Source: Promethearchaeota archaeon (GTDB lineage Archaea > Asgardarchaeota > Lokiarchaeia > Sigyniarchaeales > SOKP01). From it: a DNA stretch of 34,199 bases. The stretch is from assembly GCA_048938025.1 (NCBI GenBank), contig JBHLMP010000028.1, forward strand, positions 1 through 34,199. Direction: 5' to 3'. The position numbers and the translations under genes are program-made. Under the pieces are notes generated by a model. That model was not told the DNA's origin, searched no databases, and saw only the letters and a program-made list of their open reading frames with translations. Positions 28,201-34,199 of this stretch are shown piece after piece; within the stretch, counting starts at the first letter, position 1, and each line of letters opens with the position of its first letter.

Positions 28201-28589
28201 AAGTTGTTTAATTGTGTATTGGACCAACCTGCTTGAGTTAGAAGGGCTATTGCTGAACTATATTGTTTGATAGCATCCTCAAAAAAACCATCAGATTCAA
28301 ATTTTTTTGCTCCATCTAATAACGCAAATGCTTGGTCTTGTAATTGCTCAATTTGAGTTTGTGCTTGAGTATATTGATATAGTTTGTCTTGTTTAAGATA
28401 TTTATTTAATTCTTGAATTCTATCATAAATATCTTGAACTCTATGTGTTAAATATCCACTTTGCTTAAGGAGCTCACCTGCTTTTTTGTAATTTACAATA
28501 GCTTTCTCTACGTTCCTTTCCTCTTCAAGTTTTTGAGCTAATTCTAACAAATTTAAGGCTTCTTGAGCTAAATTTTCAGGATTTTGCAT
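22224..28589 (-). CDS. Giant (2121 aa) all-helical repeat protein: 18 MIT/TPR-like units separated by E/K/R/Q-rich helices
   Basis: Recurring AFxLLDxAxxxxxxxx(F/Y)DxAIxxYxxAxxIxxxIx(W/F) about every 115-120 aa; no TM helix or signal peptide is evident. Confidence 0.88.
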   Translation of the reverse strand: MQNPENLAQEALNLLELAQKLEEERNVEKAIVNYKKAGELLKQSGYLTHRVQDIYDRIQELNKYLKQDKLYQYTQAQTQIEQLQDQAFALLDGAKKFESDGFFEDAIKQYSSAIALLTQAGWSNTQLNNLNSKIKSISDNIEQEKKILRQKELESSQQYIREKSGEKPQIMGMFGEKATPEKIERIDTYKAMKKREEEIQNEAFALIDKGKLYEQKNKFDNAILNYERAIELLNSIGWTEQTRNIQIIIEKLKIDRKNFQKFQAQQAKDSEAIKSKAELKRQSITSEAELNKQKLTTFEEKKKQEEEIQTKAFNLIDIGKMFERDKNYDKAKQMFNQAIEMLKSIEWDAYIQPIINLINDIKEKQKREQKSDQLKERRQGQLEQLQESISLKEQEQLLQSTQDLELRRRELGEKRKEKEKKEDEFFIILERADKILQEEKDFEKAINEYQNALEMLKELGAGWEHYTGTIKTTITNVRKIKQSQLKKQQEEQRGIVERKEQELKFQRKISEQIDKERARLKQKEIELKERDAEIQYREQRKNIAFNYMDDAHDYITRGDFDNAINAYQNAGKIFAEIQWVDEIPLIEKSINEIEQLRRKQLDLKQKKFQETIESHKKEEEFQRQIAKQLQIEREKLRKKEIALRKHEEKLKEQEDKRKAGFILLEEAQDHVKQGEFDNAIEILQYAMNFFADAQWYNEISLIQNSIIEIENRKREAEIKKQIELQTTLEREKQEKEFQDKITKIMKTQRDKLKQREIILKEREEEVAHREKRKEEAFYLLDKAQNLISQGKLDYAIEIYYDTANIFAEIQWIDEIPIIQKAIQDIKNKIRENEIIKQKEIQKSIEKEIVNRAFVEKIKRQRERELAKEMEQAEIIKQQKEISAKYLTKQQSAFKLIGDADILLQEENFDKATENYRRAIEILTEIGWTHEYLKLLQETTQAINARKREREEEKQLEQELLIRKQKEEELFQTKISTSIQKEKERFKRKEFEIQRREELIEKMENRKEEAFKLMDDAENLLNQNQYVQSTEKYRQAELLLNEVGFSTRSIREMIQKVQQKNRDDDLAKQKEFETRIRKQQEDLIFQREISEKLKIEGEKMKAKQKMLKEQENFKLFAENRKKDGFDLLEKAQNYIEQGRFDEAIELYHKAVKVFIEIKWDEEVSLIQNSIFEIETKKREAELEKQSELQKTLEREKQDKDFQDQISTMMKAQRDKLKQKEIAFREREQELAHREKKKEEAFNLLDKAHELLSQGNLDNTIELYHRVVNIFAQIQWNEEIPVIQRAIKDIENKRKEKDLIRQKTLQMEIEKEKADYAFIEKIKRRREFERVKALEQQEFLKTQRIISAHNLVKQENAFNLIEEGDLLLTQKKFNNSIENYQKAIEILREIGWTSEYLRVLQETIQTVQHRKLETEKDKQLEQEIIIKRQKEEEQFQMKVTEYLQKEKERIQAKKIEIQKLEDLKLYMENRKKEAFEIMDLGGTLLNQGNYEQSIENYRQAELILNEIRFPTVAVKEMIQKIQDKIKEENLRKRKIFENQIKKEREEFLFLQVINERLKIKDKIRKSKEQQLAKQRELYVYMEKRKEDAFNLLEEAEIYMKNGQYDKALEYYRNAEIILNEIQFPTESIKEIIHNVQEKKEEHQLEKQNELELAIQKEREEREFQRKIAESINSEKNRLKSKQIQILEIEERKRILEKRKQEAFKILDEAENASKRLDYNGALESYRKAGLLLNQLQFPTESIENMISKIIELKRQKEQTEQLKYQRELERLEEERQLQAIIEERQRQEKEKKLAHQLALQERERVIQEQMNQREAAYSLLEKAQRHLKGHTPDYDSAIALYTQARDFLAENIGWQPEITHLNDLITDLQLEKANLIERKRIEEQARLQRQNEYILFQEEVRSRRIEQEKLKQEQLRQYRELYLKREQLDRLRDEGLNLIDEGKKWAAYHDFEQSYENFNLAIEKFKEIGWDEEVKYIQNEIKNTNVLEDRVKKEELRIQSIYEQLEKQKSLEEFQRKQKDSELQQTIAEVGDLASDIITLIEDRRKKQRTEVEQQKIQIKKEAQEFSKKMGGLIRLKEDLIAELARKEDEKRKKVEELKSAKEREKVDDIKKILKEVAKKKKK
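23838..26615 (-). repeat. Tandem 1389-bp (463-aa) internal super-repeat in the giant protein
   Basis: Units 7-10 match units 11-14 at a constant 1389-nt offset (GWTHEYLKLLQET vs GWTSEYLRVLQET; ISLIQNSIIEIENRKREAE vs VSLIQNSIFEIETKKREAE). Confidence 0.85.
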
Positions 28590-28801
28590 TTTGATAGTAA
28601 TCCTTTTATAATTAATTTAAAAAATAATCTAGTTTGATATACAATCTTTTATATTACGTTAAACTAAGTAATTAAACTTTTTATATTGTTATAATTATTT
28701 TAACTAGATTATTAAAGACGATAAAGGTTCATAAATTTCCGAGAAAATTTATCTCATTTATAATTTCATAGATTTTAATCTACTAAGAAAGGGAGAAAAG
28801 T

Positions 28802-30742
28802 ATTAACAAAATAATTATTGATTTTGAACCCATTTCCAGAAGAATTCACTATTTGGATGATAAGTCAATATATGACCTTTTATTGAAATTAAATTTGCCA
28901 ATTAGATCCATATGTGGTGGCTTAGGTACATGCGGAAAATGTAAAGTCTTAATTCAGAAAGGCAGTGAGTATTTAAATCAGGTAACTAACGCAGAAAAGA
29001 AATTTTTAAACAACAAAGATCTTGAAAGTGGATATAGATTAGCATGTCAAACCAAAATTAATGATAAATGTATAGATACGTTACAAGAGCATAAACCCCC
29101 TCATTTTCGTATTTTCTTACCTAGTGAACTATTATTTGAAGATTTCAATATTCTAACTTTTGGAACTAGGAAAAAAACTATCTTAAATCCCGCAATAAAA
29201 AAATTTTTTCTTGATATTAAAAAACCAACATTGGATGAGCCTATTCCTGATTTTGAAAGGGTAATTGCTGAGATAAATGCTAAAGATAATACCATTAAAG
29301 AAGATCAAATTGAAATTGATTTTAATTTAATAAATAAACTACCTAATATTTTAAGAGAGAATAACCATAAAATTACTCTAACTTTATGGAATGATAATGA
29401 GATTATAGAATGTGAACCTGGTGACACAACAGAAAATAACTATGGCATTGCATTTGATATTGGAACAACCACAATTGTAGGATATTTAGTCAATCTAGAT
29501 AATGGGAAGATTTATTCATTAGCTTCTAAACTAAATAGCCAAACAGCTTATGGAGAGGACGTAATCACACGTCTTTCTTTTATCAAAAATGATGAAAACG
29601 GGTTACAAAAGTTAAATTTAGCTGTTTTAAATGACTTAAATAATATTATTTCAATAGTTTGTGAAAAGAGTAATATTAAATCTTCCCAGATTTATGAAGC
29701 TACCATTGTTGGGAACTCAATTATGCACCATATTTTTTTAAATTTGGATCCAATAAATATTGGATTGAGTCCTTATATCCCTGTGATTCAAAAAGGGATG
29801 AATATTAAGGCTAGAACTTTAAATTTAAAAATATCTAAAAACGGATATGTATATACAGTACCAATAATTGCAGGATTTGTTGGAGCAGACACCGTTGGTG
29901 TAATACTTTCATCAAATATTAACTCACAGAAAGATCTTACTTTAGCTATTGATATAGGAACCAATGGGGAAATTATTTTAGGAAATCGTAAATTCTTGGC
30001 AACAGGGTCATGTGCGGCTGGTTCTGCTTTAGAAGGAGCACATATTAGTGATGGGATGAGAGCTGCTGCTGGGGCTATAGATACAATTAAAATCGATCCC
30101 CAAAACTTTGACGTTTCCTACAGCACAATTAAAAATAGAAAACCAATTGGTATTTGTGGTTCTGGCTTAGTCGATGCTGTAGCAGAGATGTTAAAATCAA
30201 AAATTCTTACGCGGAGTGGTAATTTTAATAAAGAATTCATCGATCGAAAGAGAATTCTTAAAAGAAATAATAATTTTGAGTTCATAATAGCTAGAAGTGA
30301 AGAAACCTCTATTGGAAAAGAAATCAAAATATCTCAAAATGACATAAGGCAAGTACAAATGGCAAAAGCAGCTTTTTATTCTGGTACTAGACTTATATTA
30401 AAGCATTTAAATACTAATCTAGAAATAAAACAAGTATTTTTAGCGGGTGCTTTTGGTAATTATATTAATAAATATAATGCAAAGTTTATTGGAATGATAC
30501 CAGATATTTTAGATGAAAAGATTTTTCAAATTGGGAATGCTGCTGGAACTGGTGCTCAATCCATCTTATTGAACAAAGATTTAAGAGAAAAAGTTAAAAA
30601 ATTATTAAGAAAAATCAAATATGTTGAGATAGCTACTAAAGAAGAATTTCAAAAAGAATATACAGATGCCATGTACTTTCCTCACTTTAATCTTGAACTT
30701 TTCCCTACTCTGAGAGAATATAATAACATTCCAAAAAGATGA
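28802..30742 (+). CDS. Corrinoid protein reductive activator (RACo/DUF4445; 2Fe-2S ferredoxin plus ASKHA ATPase)
   Basis: CGGLGTCGKC...RLACQ 2Fe-2S motif, DIGTTT, GFVGAD, DIGTNGE, GICGSG, LAGAFG and GNAAG. The start is extended to ATT at 28802 from the TTG at 28853 because the ferredoxin first strand (IIIDFEPISRRI) lies upstream. Confidence 0.92.
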   Translation: MNKIIIDFEPISRRIHYLDDKSIYDLLLKLNLPIRSICGGLGTCGKCKVLIQKGSEYLNQVTNAEKKFLNNKDLESGYRLACQTKINDKCIDTLQEHKPPHFRIFLPSELLFEDFNILTFGTRKKTILNPAIKKFFLDIKKPTLDEPIPDFERVIAEINAKDNTIKEDQIEIDFNLINKLPNILRENNHKITLTLWNDNEIIECEPGDTTENNYGIAFDIGTTTIVGYLVNLDNGKIYSLASKLNSQTAYGEDVITRLSFIKNDENGLQKLNLAVLNDLNNIISIVCEKSNIKSSQIYEATIVGNSIMHHIFLNLDPINIGLSPYIPVIQKGMNIKARTLNLKISKNGYVYTVPIIAGFVGADTVGVILSSNINSQKDLTLAIDIGTNGEIILGNRKFLATGSCAAGSALEGAHISDGMRAAAGAIDTIKIDPQNFDVSYSTIKNRKPIGICGSGLVDAVAEMLKSKILTRSGNFNKEFIDRKRILKRNNNFEFIIARSEETSIGKEIKISQNDIRQVQMAKAAFYSGTRLILKHLNTNLEIKQVFLAGAFGNYINKYNAKFIGMIPDILDEKIFQIGNAAGTGAQSILLNKDLREKVKKLLRKIKYVEIATKEEFQKEYTDAMYFPHFNLELFPTLREYNNIPKR

Positions 30743-30991
30743 ACTCAAATCACCTAATTAACTCGAATTTAAGAGATTATTCTACGCTTTTACTGTTTTA
30801 GTTAGAAAATATAGAATCTTTTTTTAATGATTAGAATTCTATTTTACTTTATGTAAAAGTATTTAAATTTTTAATTTATTTAATCTATAATTTAATTTTT
30901 GTAATAAAATTAAATAAATTCTTAAATATCATTTACAATAATAATTAATATACAAAATTAAAAATATCAATATGAATAATAGTGATCAGTG

Positions 30992-31519
30992 ATGTCAAGT
31001 TTTAAGCTAAAAGTTCTATTAACTGGTGCCGCGGCTGTAGGTAAAACATCACTCGTTCAGCGCTTTATAAAGAATAGGTTTCAAGCAAATTATAAATTAA
31101 CTGTCGGTGTTGATATTTTAACTAAAGATGTTGAGTTTCGACAAGGAGAAATTGCTACATTAAGCATTTGGGATATAGGTGGACAACAAAGGTTTGAATT
31201 TATACGTAGCACATTTTATAAAGGGGCTGCGGGGGCATTATTAGTATTTGATTTAACAAGGGAACAAACATATACAGAAACTAGAAAATGGATCACAGAA
31301 ATCCGTCAATTTGCAGGAGAGAATATCCCCTTTGTATTAATTGGAAATAAAGCTGATTTGATTGAAGATGTGGGAATAGTCATTGATCGAAATGATGCCA
31401 GATTATTTGCTGAAAATGAGGGTAGTATTTATATAGAAACTTCGGCAAAAACAGGTGTAAATGTAGATGAGGCATTTACTGAACTTACTTGTCGAATTAT
31501 TGATTCCAGAACTCATTAA
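30992..31519 (+). CDS. Rab-like small GTPase (Ras superfamily)
   Basis: G1 GAAAVGKT, G2 TVGVD, G3 WDIGGQ, G4 GNKAD and G5 ETSAK, with RabF-like RFEFIR, FYKGA and LVFDLT. Confidence 0.93.
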   Translation: MSSFKLKVLLTGAAAVGKTSLVQRFIKNRFQANYKLTVGVDILTKDVEFRQGEIATLSIWDIGGQQRFEFIRSTFYKGAAGALLVFDLTREQTYTETRKWITEIRQFAGENIPFVLIGNKADLIEDVGIVIDRNDARLFAENEGSIYIETSAKTGVNVDEAFTELTCRIIDSRTH

Positions 31520-31650
31520 TCGATTTTATCTTTTTCTTACTAAAATAATTTTAAAAATAACTATAAGTTGCTTCGGGATCTAATTAAATTCCTCTTTACA
31601 ATAGAATTTATTAAAATATAGGCCTTTAGATAAAAAATAAAAATCATTTA

Positions 31651-33078
31651 TTAATCTTCAAATCTAGATGTGTCTAAAATTTTATAAAGATTATCGTGTA
31701 TTATATTAATCGCGTCTATTAGATTTTCTTTTTCTACAACTATAGAAAGACTTAAATCTTCAGAACTTTGAGTTAAAGCCTTAACATGAATATTTTTCTT
31801 ATCTAAAGCTTGAAAAATTAAAGCTTTAGTGATATTTTCTAAAATTTTCGTACCTGTAACATTTATAACAGCAACATCTTCAAAATTAATTTCAAAAAAA
31901 TTTGAGAAGGATTCAGATTTATTTAAGGCATCAATTGCTTTTTGTGAATCCTCTCTTTTTACTATAAATGAAGTACTAATTTCTGAAGCACTTTGGGCAA
32001 CTAATGATACACTAACATTATTTTTGCTCATTACTTTAAAAATCTTAGCTAAAACTCCTGGAACATCAACTAAACTTCCGGAAGAAATGGTTATTACAAC
32101 AGCATCTTCTAAAGCAGAAAGTCCCTTTATTTGGTCTTTATCAGAGAATTCAGAAATTTTAGTGAAATCAACTTTTTCTAATGGTTTATCAAAATTTCGG
32201 ATTTCTAAAGGTATTTTACTTTTTTCTATTGCTTCTAAGCATTTTGGGTGGAGAATTTTAGCACCAAAATTTGCGATATGTTTTGCTTCATTGTAATCTA
32301 AATTTCTAATTAGTGAGGATTCGGGTGTGAATTTTGGATTTATTGCCAATAAACCATCAACATCTTTCCATAAAATAACTTTAATATCCTTATCGTCTCC
32401 CATTTCATAAAGTGAATGTGCTATAATGGTTGCTGTATAATCTGATCCACCTCTACCTAAGGTTGTAATATACCCTATTTTATTTCTACCAATAAAACCT
32501 GTTAAACAGATAATAGTATCTTTTCTTGGATTTTCTAACAAAGGAATTAATAACCTTTTAATTCGTGAATTTGTTAAATCATACAAGGGGTAAGCATTAT
32601 TAAATTCATCATTTGTTATAATAATTTTATTTGCTGGTACGAATACTGAATCAATCCCATTACTTAAGAGATATTGATTAAGTATATATGTTGAGAAGAA
32701 TTCACCAAAGCTTAAAACATAATCTTTATAATAAGGTTCTAAACCAAATTCTCTTATATCAGCAAAAGTATCTTCTAACTCACTTAATTTATCATCTATC
32801 CATTCTTTAACTTTACTATAATGTTCAGAATCTTCTGAAAATATTTGCTCAACTACATCCATATGCTTTTTTTCGATCAAAGCAACATTTTTATCCACTT
32901 TTATAGGATCTTCCAAATTTTCAGCTGTTTTCTGAAGTAAATCAGTTATCCCTGAAAATGCTGAAGCAACAAATATTTTTTTTGACTTGTTATAAATACC
33001 TATAATTTTGAGAATTTTTTTAAAAGAATGTCTATCAATAAAACAGGAACCCCCAATCTTCATAATCACAATTGTCAT
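31651..33078 (-). CDS. lysC: Aspartate kinase with C-terminal ACT domains
   Basis: MKIGGS, VASAFSGITD, SFGE, TTLGRGGSDYTA, WKDVDG, FGAKILHP and ACT repeats (PGVLAKIF...QSASEISTSF). Confidence 0.94.
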   Translation of the reverse strand: MTIVIMKIGGSCFIDRHSFKKILKIIGIYNKSKKIFVASAFSGITDLLQKTAENLEDPIKVDKNVALIEKKHMDVVEQIFSEDSEHYSKVKEWIDDKLSELEDTFADIREFGLEPYYKDYVLSFGEFFSTYILNQYLLSNGIDSVFVPANKIIITNDEFNNAYPLYDLTNSRIKRLLIPLLENPRKDTIICLTGFIGRNKIGYITTLGRGGSDYTATIIAHSLYEMGDDKDIKVILWKDVDGLLAINPKFTPESSLIRNLDYNEAKHIANFGAKILHPKCLEAIEKSKIPLEIRNFDKPLEKVDFTKISEFSDKDQIKGLSALEDAVVITISSGSLVDVPGVLAKIFKVMSKNNVSVSLVAQSASEISTSFIVKREDSQKAIDALNKSESFSNFFEINFEDVAVINVTGTKILENITKALIFQALDKKNIHVKALTQSSEDLSLSIVVEKENLIDAINIIHDNLYKILDTSRFED

Positions 33079-33185
33079 AATAAAAATTCCGAATAAATCG
33101 ATTCTCTATTAAGTATTATTATTCTAAACTTTTCTTCATTATGAATTTAGGTTCTTATAATAATATAAATTAATTCTTTATGAGC

Positions 33186-34199
33186 CTAACCATTTAAAAG
33201 TTTTTGTAATTCTTGAATCTCATCATCGATTTTCTTTTCTAAAAGATCTAATTTACTTTTCTTTTCCTTGAGTTCATCAGCAGTAATTTCTCCTGTAAGT
33301 TCTTTCATTTCAAAATCTAAGGACATCTTAGAAACGTTTGCTTTTTTTATCTTTAAATCTAATAAGGTCTTATTCAAGTTTTCTTTTTGTTTATTATCTA
33401 TAATTGGAGTAAGGTGTGGAGTTTCTAAAATTTTCTGAGAAAATATTTCGGGAACATCTGATTTAGGAATTTTTGAGGTTTCTAATTGCTGGTTAGATAT
33501 TGTTGGTACTTGAGTCTGTTTTTGAACAATTGTTTTAGGAATTTCTGGTGGAATTACAGGCTTTTTTACTTTTATAGGTTCTTGAGCAATTTTAGGAGCA
33601 GTAGCACTTGGAACTATAGTTGGACTAGTTTCTGGTTTTTCTTTAAATAATTGAGTTGGTGAGACTGGTACTGGAGCCTTAGATGGCTCTACATTTTTAA
33701 CATGTCCATATGGAGACGTTTTTAATTTAGTTTTTGCATCTTTAGGTACAAATTCTACTGACTTTGGTCTTTGTTTAATCATAAAATCTTTTGGGTCTAA
33801 TTTTAAACCTATATCCCCTTGTGCAATTTTAGGTTTGATTAAAATTTCTTGTTCAGCCTTTATCTTCTCAACTTCTATAGGAAATTTAGGTTTTTCTGGT
33901 TTTTTAGGAGGGGTGAATGCTGGTTTAGGTTCTAATGGTTTTCCAACAGGTGGTGTAATAGGAGGTTTTGGTACTTCTGACTTCTTAGGGAGTGGTGTTA
34001 CTGGTGGCATAGGTGCTTCTGGTTTCTTAGGAGGTGGCGTTACTGGTGGCATAGGTGCTTCTGGTTTCTTAGGAGGTGGCGTTACTGGTGGCATAGGTGC
34101 TTCTGGTTTCTTAGGAGGTGGCGTTACTGGTGGCATAGGTGCTTCTGGTTTCTTAGGGAGTGGTGTTACTGGTGGCATAGGTGCTTCTGGTTTCTTAGG
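33186..34199 (-). CDS. Proline-rich protein with a C-terminal helical hairpin (5' end outside the window)
   Basis: The frame is open to the right edge: (PPKKPEAPMPPVTP)n, then a low-complexity P/K/E region and a C-terminal coiled coil. The track's ATG is a repeat-internal Met. Confidence 0.85.
   Translation of the reverse strand, partial: PKKPEAPMPPVTPLPKKPEAPMPPVTPPPKKPEAPMPPVTPPPKKPEAPMPPVTPPPKKPEAPMPPVTPLPKKSEVPKPPITPPVGKPLEPKPAFTPPKKPEKPKFPIEVEKIKAEQEILIKPKIAQGDIGLKLDPKDFMIKQRPKSVEFVPKDAKTKLKTSPYGHVKNVEPSKAPVPVSPTQLFKEKPETSPTIVPSATAPKIAQEPIKVKKPVIPPEIPKTIVQKQTQVPTISNQQLETSKIPKSDVPEIFSQKILETPHLTPIIDNKQKENLNKTLLDLKIKKANVSKMSLDFEMKELTGEITADELKEKKSKLDLLEKKIDDEIQELQKLLNG
33982..34199 (-). repeat. 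42-bp coding tandem repeat, at least 5 copies, running off the window
   Basis: Unit ttcttaggaggtggcgttactggtggcataggtgcttctggt starts at 33982, 34024, 34066, 34108, 34150 and 34192 (partial). Two variants occur in the order A,B,B,B,A. Confidence 0.95.

Noticed and set aside
22224-28589. Giant protein as an SMC/Rad50 ATPase, myosin or phage tape-measure protein
   Set aside because: No Walker motifs, motor domain, TM segments or phage genes; the periodic aromatic-containing bundles do not fit a plain coiled coil.
31829-32296. 155-aa plus-strand ORF, and the other short antisense ORFs (243-428, 1962-2156, 3440-3673, 4301-4501, 5776-5967, 6464-6742, 8078-8284, 11804-11992, 20193-20399, 22754-22942, 29101-29295, 30118-30327)
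   Set aside because: All lie antisense to well-supported genes and show no motifs; they are shadow ORFs.
33590-33615. VPSATAPK as a P(S/T)AP late-domain motif
   Set aside because: It does not match PTAP or PSAP exactly, and such near matches are expected by chance in a Pro-rich region.
33982-34199. 42-bp repeat as a CRISPR array
   Set aside because: The units are contiguous with no unique spacers, the length is a multiple of 3, they lie in an open frame, and no cas genes are present.

Overview
AT-rich, gene-dense archaeal DNA that reads like an Asgard archaeon (Lokiarchaeia/Promethearchaeota-like). That assignment is inferred from gene content: an intron-containing tRNA-Tyr with C1-G72, a GPN GTPase, TrmB, a PDCD5-like protein and several eukaryotic-signature proteins. 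Housekeeping or metabolic genes include an orphan DNA methyltransferase, a sugar nucleotidyltransferase, Lrp, TrmB, an M24 peptidase, AcuC/HDAC, a corrinoid activator (RACo) and aspartokinase. The most interesting part is 19.5-34 kb: an E2 ubiquitin-conjugating enzyme with no AUG/GUG/UUG start, a convergent Uba2/Uba3-type E1, a 2121-aa protein made of 18 helical-bundle/charged-helix repeats directly upstream of the E1, a Rab-like GTPase, and a proline-rich tandem-repeat protein cut by the window end. Other points of note are three genes that appear to start at AUU/AUC, a GIFT/IFT52-like protein, a two-anchor repeat glycoprotein, and a fold-back structure with a short ORF upstream of an Sm-like gene. 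No CRISPR array, rRNA or transposase was seen. All family calls are by eye from motifs; no searches were run.
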